In this document: positions 26,691 to 38,100 of the stretch, piece by piece
Layout: each line of letters opens with the position of its first letter
How positions within the stretch are numbered: the stretch's first letter is position 1
NCBI GenBank assembly: GCA_950097015.1
Contig: CATNEN010000039.1
Coordinates: 7,936,001-8,000,000 of the forward strand
Reading direction: 5' to 3'
Length of the DNA: 64,000 nt
Origin: Macrostomum hystrix
Lineage: Eukaryota > Animalia > Platyhelminthes
Notes under the pieces: model-generated
The model's input: only the letters and a program-made list of their open reading frames with translations
Database searches by the model: none
Told to the model about the DNA's origin: nothing
Translations under genes and position numbers: made by a program

Positions 26691-27500
26691 ATGACGATGC
26701 TGATGGTGAGAAAGTGTGTGCGGACGATGCTGATGGTGAGAAAGTGTGTGCGGATGATGCTGAGGGTGAGAAAGTGTGTGATGACGATGCTGAGGTTGAG
26801 AAAGTGTGTGATGACGATGCTGATGGTGAGAAAGTGTGTGCGGACGATGCTGATGGTGAGAAAGTGTGTGAGGACGATGCTGAGGGTGAGAAAGTGTGTG
26901 ATGACGATGCTGATGGTGAGAAAGTGTGTGCGGACGATGCTGATGGTGAGAAAGTGTGTGCGGACGATGCTGATGGTGAGAAAGTGTTTCAGGAAGTTTC
27001 TGAGGGTGAGAAAGTGTGTGAGGACGATGCTGATGGTGAGAAAGTGTGTGAGGACGATGCTGAGGGTGAGAAAGTGTGTGAGGACGATGCTGAGGGTGAG
27101 AAAGTGTGTGAGGACGATGCTGAGGGTGAGAAAGTGTTTGAGGACGATGCTGAGGGTGAGAAAGTGTGTGAGGACGATGCTGAGGGTGAGAAAGTGTGTG
27201 AGGACGATGCTGAGGGTGAGAAAGTGTGTGAGGACGATGCTGAGGGTGAGAAAGTGTGTGAGGACGATGCTGAGGGTGAGAAAGTGTGTGAGGACGATGC
27301 TGAGGGTGAGAAAGTGTGTGAGGACGATGCTGAGGGTGAGAAAGTGTGTGAGGACGATGCTGATGGTGAGAAAGTGTGTGAGGACGATTATGAGGATGAG
27401 AAAGTGTGTGAGGAAGTTTCTGATGATGAGAAAGTGAGGAGGTTGCTAAGGATGAGAAAGTGTGTGAGGACGATGATGGGGATGAGAAAGTGTGCGAGGT
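26691..27500. repeat. 30-bp minisatellite (GAGGACGATGCTGAGGGTGAGAAAGTGTGT)n
   Basis: Tandem period of 30, open in several frames. Confidence 0.95.
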
Positions 27501-28089
27501 CGATGCTGAGATTCCAAAGGCTATACAGAGAGTACATAACAATATGTAGCCAACGATAGTTTCACGATGCAGAAATGTTTCTGTAATAAAGAAACCCATT
27601 AAAGGTTGTACCTAACAGCAACAATATAAAGAATGCAACGAAATCGTATTCTGTAGCATTGTAAGGGAGTAATAATGTGAGGGAGCCCGCACGAATGGTT
27701 CTTCTACTGTTGGCGGTAAAAAATCAAACAAAGCAAACTAAATAGAAGCTCAATTTTAACTAGAATAAGAATCGGCATTTACGCTCGTATCTAAAAGAAC
27801 TGATAAGAGAGATCTTTAAATGCTGCTTAATAGTAAGTTACAGGCACAATACAGATTACTACTAATTTATAAAAACTGTTGTCTACCCTGCGTTATTACG
27901 AGTATAACAAATTGCTGCACAGATTTAATTGTTGCCGACAGCGATAGCAATTACAGTTACTGAGAAGAACCCAAGGGGTGGAACAAGTCCGCCTAAGTAA
28001 TAATTGCTACTCAATGCGACTGTAGTTGCCGCTGCATGCAGACAATTTGACTTTTCTCAGTCCTCTGATACACTTCAGTCAAAGTTCCC

Positions 28090-28457
28090 AGTTCAGTCTG
28101 TTTGTACTAGACAATATTCCCTGGTTCAGTCTGTTTGTACTAGACAATATTCCCTGGTTCAGTCAGTTTGTACTGGACAATATTCCCTGGTTCAGTCAGT
28201 TTGTACTAGACAATATTCCCTGGCTCAGTCTGTTTGTACTAGACAATATTCCCTGGTTCAGTCTGTTTGTACTGGACAATATTCCCTGGTTCAGTCAGTT
28301 TGTACTGGACAATATTCCGTGGTTCAGTCAGTTTGTACTGGACAATATTCCCTGGTTCAGTCTGTTTGTACTGGACAATATTCCCTGGTTCAGTCTGTTT
28401 GTACTGGACAACATTCCCTGGTTCAGTCTGTTTGTACTGGACAATATTCCCTGGTTT
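28090..28457. repeat. 33-bp minisatellite (GTTCAGTCTGTTTGTACTGGACAATATTCCCTG)n
   Basis: About 11 tandem units. Confidence 0.94.
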
Positions 28458-29123
28458 AGTCTTAATGCAATGAACATTAAAAGAACAAGCCGACATAACC
28501 AGCAAAAACTAGTGTCCAAAGATGGAGCAGTTTTTTACATAAATCATGTCTAGGAGGAGAACCAATCTCTAACTTTAAGGCTCTCGAGAGGATAACAAAA
28601 TATTCCAAAAGTCGCTCCACAAGACAAGAAGTAGGCAACGCACTCGGTATCGATAAATATATGGATTTGAATAGGCGTTTCTAGAGAAGTCCAATTAATT
28701 TTCCTACAGTTTTTGTTGAAAAGCTTTGGCTGCAAAAACATAGAATTACCGAGCTTCCACTGATCCTTTCTCACCCCTTGGGAAATGTTCTCAAATAATT
28801 GGGTAAAGAATATGCAGAAATCCGAGGTCACTTCCTTTTGCAGAATGCATTTAAGAACGCCTGAAATATGTTATTTGATTTCCTCCCGAGTTGCGAGCGA
28901 CAGATGGCCTGGGCAGAACTGCCGAAATGCAGTGCTGAGGCACTGAATTCAGCTACCGGATATTTGCCACCAAGGATTAGTTCTCACAATTTCCTGCTCA
29001 ACTTGTAAACGAATTCATAAAAATGTTCTTGCAGCTTACATTGTATGACAAGGATAATGGCAATGACTGGCCAATGTCGAGAAAGACTTTGATAACAGGA
29101 AAATAAAATTTCGCTAATTAACA

Positions 29124-30040
29124 TGGAAGACGTTGGTTATTGAATTGGAAGACGTTGGTTTTTGAATTGGAAGACGATGGTTATTGAAATGGAAGACGCT
29201 GGTTATTGAATTGGAAGACGTTGGTTATTGAAGTGGAAGACGTTGGTTATTGAAGTGGAAGACGATGGTTATTGAATTGGAAGACGTTGGTTATTGAATT
29301 GGAAGACGTTGGTTATTGAAGTGGAAGACGTTGGTTATTGAAATGGAAGACGTTGGTTATTGAAATGGAAGACGTTGGTTATTGAATTGGAAGACGTTGG
29401 TTTTTGAATTGGAAGACGATGGTTATTGAAATGGAAGACGCTGGTTATTGAATTGGAAGACGTTGGTTATTGAAGTGGAAGACGTTGGTTATTGAAGTGG
29501 AAGACGATGGTTATTGAATTGGAAGACGTTGGTTATTGAATTGGAAGACGTTGGTTATTGAAGTGGAAGACGTTGGTTATTGAAGTGGAAGACGATGGTT
29601 ATTGAATTGGAAGACGTTGGTTATTGAATTGGAAGACGTTGGTTATTGAAGTGGAAGACGTTGGTTATTGAATTGGAAGACGTTGGTTATTGAAGTGGAA
29701 GACGTTGGTTATTGAATTGGAAGACGTTGGTTATTGAAGTGGAAGACGTTGGTTATTGAAGTGGAAGACGTTGGTTATTGAAGTGGAAGACGTTGGTTAT
29801 TGAAATGGAAGACGCTGGTTAATGAATTGGAAGACGTTGGTTATTGAATTGGAAGACGTTGGTTATTGAAGTGGAAGACGTTGGTTATTGAATTGGAAGA
29901 CGTTGGTTAATGAATTGGAAGACGTTGGTTAATGAATTGGAAGACCTTGGTTAATGAATTGGAAGACGTTGATTATTGAATTGGAAGACGTTGGTTAATA
30001 AATTGGAAGACGTTGGTTAATGAATTGGAAGACGTTGGTG
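29124..30040. repeat. 22-bp minisatellite (TGGAAGACGTTGGTTATTGAAT)n
   Basis: Tandem period of 22. Confidence 0.96.
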
Positions 30041-31009
30041 TGCGGCACGACCGATATGGCAGTAAATGTCAAGGAAGACGTTAAATGACACGAATGCAGC
30101 CTGCAAGGAGGTACGATTAGAGGCAGGACGAACATAATTACAAATGCGAGAATTGTATTTTTTACCCTCAGTTTCACCTGAGAAGCTCGGTGTTCTAATA
30201 AATGCAGCGCATGTACTTTTCGCTTTCAGGCGCGGATAATTTTTAGGGTCCGTAGAAGAGGAAGCATCGCTTATAAATGTGTAGCTCCAATCTACAGTTC
30301 GCATCTCGCCGTACCTATAGTCAATGTACAGGTGATCATAAAAAGCCAAAAGAGAAATTCTAGTGCTATTGTTTATCTCCCAGCCTTATTTCGACGGTAT
30401 ATCAGCTTCCACCGCACAAATGGTTACTGCATGCTGAATCTGTACTCGTGTTCGGTCCTGGCTATAAAATGGAATTGTAAGTTTCCGCTATGGTGCGCAT
30501 GGTCGGAAGACTATGAATAATATTGTATACACTTTGCAGGCAAAACGTTGGGGGCTTGTTTGCACAATGCCACTCCTACACAGTTTTTATCCTTCTTGGA
30601 AACCTTTAAGTCCTTGAACGCGAGAATCCTAATGAAGTATGCCTTTAAATGTTTAGAATTATTATATGCTTAACGACCACAAATACTACTAGAAGTATTT
30701 ATATTTTTTAGTGAAAAATGCATAATTCTATGCGAGTGTTAAATATAGCATTGCTCTTACTCAGAAAGTGATGCTTACGACACACTGAAATTTCATTATA
30801 GACATTTTTGCTTTAAATGTAAGCAAAAAACTGGCAGCGCAATTCACATGATTGCATCTCCTTCAACTCAAAACACGTATTATGAACAGATACTAGATTT
30901 AACATCTTCAAGTCGTATATAAATGGCAGGGGTTGCAGAGTTGCAGAGCGGTATAACGCGTTTGCCTTTCACACCAAGGTCCCTGAGCTTGACTCCGCGG
31001 CGATGCCAC

Positions 31010-31200
31010 ATTCATTTGGTGCGCAGCCGCGCAGAGAAGGCTTGAGGGCTTGTCGTTCAATTTACGCCCTTGAGGGCCAACCTCCAAGTCACAGTGAAAG
31101 TGTACACTGCCTGTCGATGAGAAATTCAGAGCAGATGTACACACCTGTGTGAGCGTGGGCTTGCGTACGTTATCTGTGTGCGTGTGTGCTCAGGAGTCAC
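31010..31200 (+). repeat. Dispersed repeat, copy A
   Basis: GAGAAGGCTT...CTCCAAGTCACAGTGAAAGTGTACACTG...GAGCAGATGTACACACCTGTGTGAG aligns with 34875-35145 and more loosely with 34185-34330. Confidence 0.7.
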
Positions 31201-31965
31201 CGAATCGGGCAGAATTGTCTCCTCGCTGGCTGTAGGTATATGCCAGTAACCACGGCAGTCTTGCAAATAATAATAATATGCATCACATGCCAGTGAAAGA
31301 ATCCAAAATACGACCAGATGGGACAAAAAGATACGGAATAAATGAGATGCTGGGGATTTAGAACAAAGAGGAGATGAGAGAGGGGAGAGATAAGACAGGG
31401 AAGGTGATGGAATGGTCTATAGAACAGAATTTTGGAGCATCGCGATACGCACTTTTTTGCGGGCCGGAGGTTGTCAACCGTTGCTCTAAGGATGCTGTAT
31501 ACTAAAATATAGAATGTAGCATCTATGCAACATGATATATGAATTATCCTTGCTTGCTAAATCGTAAAAATATAAAATACTATTTTGCTAGAACCAGACT
31601 TCGTATAGCTTGAATATAATATTCCGTCAGAATGTGAATTGCGTTTATTTAGAGCTAAAACACAATTTAATTGATATTCGAATTTAATTATCCGAGTAAA
31701 TAAGAGTGCAATCATGAAACTGTCGATTTTTCTAGCTATCAGCATCTCTGCTTTCTGGATATTCACATTGGGTGCATTGATTGCGCTGAACTACTTCGTG
31801 TATTTGAACTATTTCAAGACAATTTTTAGTACTCAAGTTCTAGTGAAATGTCACAGTGTGCATCACTTGTCACTTTGCCGATTAGTTTATGTCATTGTTC
31901 CTTTTCAGCTGAGCTACATAAAAAGTGAGGCCGCATTCTTTTTTGTGGCTCGTATTTTCGCGAAT

Positions 31966-33024
31966 TCAGGCTTTCTTGCAGCGAATCACATCCCTGAACT
32001 CCTTCCGGAATTTTTCACTCTTCCAGACCAGAAAGATCCAGTTGGTGGCCTGGCTGATGTTCACGAGTGTCATTGTGATGTCGAGCAGGCCCCAGGCCAC
32101 AGTCAGGCCGCCTTCCTCGGCGATGTTGGCGTTATTGTCGGTCAGAAAAAAAACGATGGCGACGGCAATTACATTGGGAATGTAGAAGACAAGCAGTACG
32201 ACGGAGAGAGTCACGCACACCACCGTGTTGCGAATGCTCTGACGATCGACGCTGCCGCCTTCTGTCAGACGCGCACGACCTGAAATCACCTGTCTTACCT
32301 TAAAAATGAGCAGTAGATTGCCCAGCAGAATGGCCGCCAGAAGCAGTAGTGGCGGTGAGTAGAACAGAATCTTGTAGTAGAAAAACACGATTTTGGCCCA
32401 GCCTTGCATCACGTTCGACCTTACGTAGCACATGACTGTTCCACCGCTATAGACCCACTGGTACGCATAGCCCATAGGGCCGCTAGCTAACACGCAGCAG
32501 ATAATCACAAGCACACTGAACAGCATAGCTTTCTTGCCACTGACGCCGTGCAGTTTAAAGGGAAAGAACAGGCTTAAAACCCTGTCAATGACCATTAAAA
32601 GTAGAAGGGAGACGGAGGTGCACGGAAATAGATTCTCCAGGTACCTCACAATGCTGCAAGCCATTGAAGAGCTATTCAGGTGAATGTAGCCAGCAGATCC
32701 ATTGCTTAACCAGGGCAGGCCCATGACCAGAAATAGCCACATGAAGCCGTTCATAATGATGTTGCAGTTGTCAGCCAAGGCAATCATACCGATGTAGACA
32801 TTCTGGCGAGTCCAGTCCGACAGTCGGACTAGTTTGATGTAAGCGATGAGTCCATTCAACACCACACCAGACGCGATGAAGATTGGCAGAAAAACGCCCG
32901 CCAATGCACCCAAGAATGAGTTCACGATGCAGCCAGATCTGCGGTTCGGATCGCCGCTTTTACAATCATAAAGGATGTAGTCCAATGAGTCTAGAAAGAT
33001 CAAGACTGCCGCTGAGCTGTTCAT
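31966..33024 (-). CDS. Single-coding-exon rhodopsin-class orphan GPCR (352 aa)
   Basis: Seven TM segments; TM1 SGVVLNGL, TM2 IALADN, ECL1 Cys, TM3 IDRVLSLFFP, ECL2 Cys, TM6 VFYIP, TM7 TNWIFL then SEKFRKE. Probable 5' UTR intron 33258-33033 (GG|GTAAGT...TTGCAG). Confidence 0.88.
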   Translation of the reverse strand: MNSSAAVLIFLDSLDYILYDCKSGDPNRRSGCIVNSFLGALAGVFLPIFIASGVVLNGLIAYIKLVRLSDWTRQNVYIGMIALADNCNIIMNGFMWLFLVMGLPWLSNGSAGYIHLNSSSMACSIVRYLENLFPCTSVSLLLLMVIDRVLSLFFPFKLHGVSGKKAMLFSVLVIICCVLASGPMGYAYQWVYSGGTVMCYVRSNVMQGWAKIVFFYYKILFYSPPLLLLAAILLGNLLLIFKVRQVISGRARLTEGGSVDRQSIRNTVVCVTLSVVLLVFYIPNVIAVAIVFFLTDNNANIAEEGGLTVAWGLLDITMTLVNISQATNWIFLVWKSEKFRKEFRDVIRCKKA

Positions 33025-34184
33025 TGAAAATCCTGCAATTTAGTTTTTTATTAGATTTCCTTCAAATTTTGAGCAGGTGTGAGCATTTTTCGCGGGTTAC
33101 AGAGGACACAAAATAATATAATTTGCCAATATAGCTGTGGACGATGAGCGGATCTAGTACGAGCTCGTAGCTTCTCCGTGGCCGTTGATAACGTTGTAAC
33201 GCAATGGCCTAGGACAAGGTCATTTAATTCTGTGGAGTTATAAGAGTAGTTAACTTACCCGGTGTCCGTGTGTCAGGGATCAATTGCACCAGTTGCTGTC
33301 TGACACAAAATGTTTTTTGGGAGCAACCTAAATTTCCTATTTATCTCGGCTTGTCCAGATGAGGTCGTGGCTTGCATTTGCATCGCGTGTTATGTGACTA
33401 ATACGTTTGTTTTAAATCAGATTTTAAAGTCATCAGAAAGCCAGACGGCCACACCCTGTAAGGCGCACATGTTCGGCTGCCTTCGCGCTTTATAATTTTG
33501 CCAAGCGCTTTTTTTCTTGTTTAGAGAAGACGAGATGCCGACACGCAACAGAGTTTTGCTTGGGTCATTCAATCATTTTCTTTATCTATAAATTGACCTA
33601 TTTATTAAACTCTTTTTGAGTGCCAAAATCAATGGCACCTGTTATTTTCTTATTTCTGGTTTGGCGCAATCCCCAACTGAAGTCTCACAAAGAAGATCAT
33701 GGCCTGGAGTCGGTCAGGAGTCAGAAATGAATGGTAGATTTCGTTTATCTGCAGGGAACATACATGCATTTCTAATATCTTAGCCCTAGAGAACCGAACC
33801 GATCAACAGCCGTGACCCATTATCAGTCCTGTAAAAGGACCCAAGTTGCATATAGAGGAACGTGTTTAAGTCTATCTCAGTTGTGCATGCAGCTGGTCGC
33901 TGGTCGTTTTCGGCTTTCAAGGCCGCAGAGAATCAATTCTTGACGCCTCGGGGTTGAAGTGAAATTCAATGAATCTATTCAATAGAGAAAATAAATCCTG
34001 CACAATTGAGCGTCCCGGAATGCCGATCCTGCATGCACACAGTGTCACGCGAGAATGATTTTATCACAGTGCAAAATAACAAGCGCCGGGGGGTGAGTGG
34101 CAGTGCAGCCAACGCGTTTATCTCTTGCACCAAGGCCCCTGAGCTCGATTCCACGACGAGGAATCGTTTCATTCATTTATGAAA

Positions 34185-34330
34185 CATTCATTTTGGGCGA
34201 AGCGGGGGGAGAGAAGTCTTTTGGTCCCGACCTCCAAGGCTCAGTGAGTTTACACTGCCAAAAAGGACAGGAGAGTATAAAGTTAGGACAGACGTACACG
34301 CCCTGTGCGTGTGGGTGCTCAGCAGTGAGC
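34185..34330 (+). repeat. Dispersed repeat, copy B (diverged)
   Basis: TTCATTTTGGGCG...GAGAAG...CCTCCAAGGCTCAGTGAGTTTACACTG...GTACACGCCCTGTGCGTGTGGGTGCTCAG matches copies A and C. Confidence 0.55.
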
Positions 34331-34509
34331 TGGCTGCGGGTCTACTGACGACTCTTTGTGTCAATAAAATACCCAGTCTTCACTCTTGGTATGCCCAGCC
34401 TGCCTGGTGACGAACTTGACGGATAGAGTGCTTCTATTGCGCATGAACGCACAGCCAGGAGCAGGCACTGCATGTCACCTCAGGCCGTCTGGGACACCGC
34501 GGTCGGCAT

Positions 34510-34640
34510 GCACAGACAGTAAATCTTGATTCCGCATCATGCCTTTTGGCTGAAATGTACTGACTAAAAACGGCACGTCCTCGGAACAGCAAAAGCTCCT
34601 CGTTAACGCTGAGTTCCCTTTCTGGTATGAAGACGCTTCT
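34510..34640 (-). mobile_element. piggyBac transposase relic (pseudogenised fragment)
   Basis: FIPERELSVNEELLLFRGRAVFSQYISAK then, after a frameshift, GIKIYCLC; matches the piggyBac motif P..L.IDE.L..FRGR..F.QY.P.K..KYGIKIY, with the catalytic Asp position read as Asn. Confidence 0.8.
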
Positions 34641-34874
34641 ACCGTGCGTCAATATTTACAAAAACTGTACATAGCGAGAAGAGGCTAAGTATGCGTACAA
34701 ATGGAGAGAGCAGAGGGGAAGACAGTTTTATGGGGTGGCGTGAAGTCTGCCAAAAGAGCAGCTACCGCAAACAGTGCGTCTGCATGATTTCTCTGAGAAG
34801 AAATAGTCTATGGCCTGAGGGCAGGCGACCCCGCCGGCCATGCCAGTAAAGTAAATATAAGCCTGCAGTCAAAG

Positions 34875-35145
34875 CGTATTGGGGCGCAGCTGCGGAGAGA
34901 AGGCTTGGGGCCTTGTCGTGCAATTTATGCCCATAAGGGCTCCAAGGCACAGTGAGAGTGTACACTGACGATGACGTGTACACTTGTCATCTGACGAGTG
35001 GTCCCGATGAGAAAGTCAGGCGAGTGGTCACGATGATGGTCACGACCACATCTGACGAGTGGTCACGATGAGAAAGTCAGAGCAGATGTACACACCTATG
35101 TGAGTATGTGCCTGTGTACGGTATCTGTGTGCGCCTGTGGTCAGG
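34875..35145 (+). repeat. Dispersed repeat, copy C, with internal duplication
   Basis: Aligns with 31010-31200; contains CATCTGACGAGTGGTC.CGATGAGAAAGTCAG twice. Confidence 0.7.
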
Positions 35146-38100
35146 CTCAGTTCACAACGGCCTCACAGCTGAGCTCGGTTGTCGCTCGGTTGTTACCAAA
35201 ACTCCTGACTGACATCCAGCAGCGCGAACGGGTCTATTTTGCATGCTTAGTCAGATCAGGACTATACTGCTAAAGAAGGACAATGCGCAGTCGATCACAG
35301 CAGCCAGGCAGCAATGGTTGCCATTTCGGACCTGGGATTTGAGCTCCTTTCTGGCTGTTTATGGCAAATGAAAAAACCATCGAAGCTACAGTAGACAGTA
35401 GCGCTCGCAACGGCGGGACACAGCGCCTGTGAGGTATGAGTCAGTCCAGGCCCACGGGCTAAGGTCTGCGATGCCTCACACCTGCAGTCGTTTTTTGAGC
35501 AGGCTTGTCAGGAAGGAGCCCTGCGCCTTCGGGTACAGGAATCCCTCCACGCTGTCCCGTTAGCTGACCCATGGGTACACGTCCCGCAAGTGTTCAGGGC
35601 TGACCCTAGGGCAGCCGGACAAAATGGGCAACAGCGCTGGATGACCCATCCAGGTTTGCGTTTGGGTCAGCCCTTACGTTTGCCCACCTGTGCAAGATCA
35701 GGTACTTCTGGCTACGGCTCTGAGGAAAAGGTATCACCCTTTGACCTTAACAGGGTAATGCGAGTCAGTACGCAACTTCGCGTACCTGTGCGCGATCAGG
35801 TGCCTCTGGCCACGGTTCTGAGGTAAAGGTGTCACCCTTCGACCTCACAGGGTACGCAGCCAGTCTGCGGGCCCGGCACTGCCTTTTTGTGCTCTCCAAT
35901 GCCTAAGGTCTCACCGCGCCGAGGGGCTGGGAGGTCCGCGGGGAGCAAACCGGCCATTTAGCGGTCCTTCCTTCATTCCTTATTTTGCATTCCAGCGATT
36001 TTCGGAGAGATATGGCTTCTCAAAATTGGCCACCCTGAGCAACACCACCTCTCCTGAGGTCGTCTGGTTTGCCAGGGGTTAGCAGAATGGACGGTCCCCT
36101 CCGCCTCCTCGCTGCGTCCGCCGGTGCGGAGCACCCTGCAGCTAAGCCAAGTAAGTCAAGTACACAGTAGCGTACAGGCCACGGCAGATGCAGATGACTC
36201 CTGCAATGGAGCCCCGGGGTACCCCCCCCAATGAATTCTTTGCGACCGCTGGTATCGAGAAGTTGCCAGAGTAATGACACTATTAAGTTTCTCCATGCAA
36301 CATGGTAAAACTGTTTGTCCTTGAAATTTCGAAGCAACCATTGTAGTTCGTCCGTAAGTTGCAGAAACACGAGCAGGCCATTTTCGCACTCGAACCTCCT
36401 TCCAAATGAGAAACAAATTTAAAGCAAACTAAATCTTTTCTTAGCTCGATCGAGTCGCAGTAGACTTTTGGAGACTCCGTTGCAAAACAAACTCTAAACG
36501 TCGAATCACGCTGCACAGCAACCGGGAGACAGGCGTCGATCGACTAACGAAAAAATCTTCAAAACAAAGGTCTTTTTAAAGCTTCAATGATCCACTAAAA
36601 ACAAAAACAATCAAGCGCTGCTTGCATTGTCTTCTTGCTTCAGTGCTTCCTGAGCTAGCATATTAACAGTCTTCATAAAAAACTTGGCATAGTCAATGGT
36701 ACAGATTTTAACATCCTCTCTCTCTTCTTTTTATTTTCCCAGTGTAAATCATTCAAACGGTTCGAAGTAACTCTAATCCACAAACTGTTCGAAATTCGAC
36801 CGCCTGCAGTAAATAAGATGCTTTGCAATGTTAACCTGACTTCATTAATATTATAAACACTGTTCGATTCAATTTGCATTATGAAGCGAGGGAATCGAGC
36901 TCGCCCCGAGAGGATCGAGATAATTGGTGCTGTCTCGGACTTTCTAAGCACAGAGCGGGATTTAAAAAGCTTTTATCGTATTCATAGAATTTTATTGCGT
37001 GGATGAATTTTCGCGTAGAAATAAATAGGACGCTAGATCTGATCGCGACTGCCGACTAACTAGTGGTCTCAGTGAGTAAGTATGGGTACAATTAAGTCTA
37101 TGCTAGGCCAGATTATGGTACTCTGTCCAGAAGCGTTACTACTTGACCATGTAGCAGACAGACACACGGAAATTACGTCACAAAAATCACTAAGATCAGA
37201 GCACGTTTAAACCCTTTTGAATTTTCCAGGACTTTAAATAATATAACACCTGCAATGCGTTAAGAACAACGAAATAAAATTAAAAAACTCTAGACTATAT
37301 TAAAGCGTTTATGTAAGCAGGAATTGAGACGAAAAACGACGCAAATGTAATTTAAAATACAATAAATAATTACATTACACAACACACAAATCCACGGTCC
37401 TTGCCACGACCGTCGAAACTATTTTCGTAGAACCGAACCCGAAAGGGCTGACCTGCAGTCCAGATTGGACGAGGCCGTTTAACAACGGAACCGAACCCAG
37501 CTTTGCGCTGGCGTAAAATTATTAATAATACAGACAGTATGGGTCAGTTGTATGCGTCTGTGGAAGTCATTTTCTCTCTTTGATAGCCTCTATTAAAATT
37601 ATAGGTTTAGTAATTAAAATTAGATAATTTCTCTATATGTATTCATAAGTACATACGCAAGTCCATAATTTAGTCACTTGACACTTCTTTATATTATTTG
37701 TTAGGCCTAAAATGGTAGTGTCGAAGCTGCCAGACACCTATTAAGTCGTAGTGAAATTGTATATCAATGCGCACAGTATTTTAGTTATTTAGTTATTTAT
37801 TATTTCTTTACAATGCACACTTGTTTTGATATCACCATTCCCTCTTTTTAGGGCTCCAATGAATTTGAGTAAAATGCATTTCTTCTCTTGGCTATACCTT
37901 GTTTTGACAAACTTTGATCTATCTGTCTAAGGCCAAAACCATAGAGTTTGAATTGGAGCCAACTATAGCCTTGCCATTTCATAGTTGATTTAACTAGGCC
38001 CTATGTAATTCTTTCTATTTAATATTAAAAAAATAAATAGACATTGCCCATTGCAATATTGACATTTGTTTGACATACTTTTTCAAGTTTGAATTGGTGC

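Noticed and set aside
26637-27599. Acidic CEDDAEGEKV and His-rich HRPHTLSHPQ repeat ORFs
   Set aside because: A 30-bp array open in several frames on both strands; no evidence for any one frame being coding.
31714-32283. 189-aa plus-strand ORF with hydrophobic start
   Set aside because: Largely antisense to the well-supported GPCR and its AT-rich 3' UTR.
37438-37490. Hammerhead-like arrangement (CTGA...GTCC/GGAC...GA)
   Set aside because: Core reads CUGACCUGCA and GAGG rather than CUGANGA and GAAA; kept only as a generic hairpin cluster.
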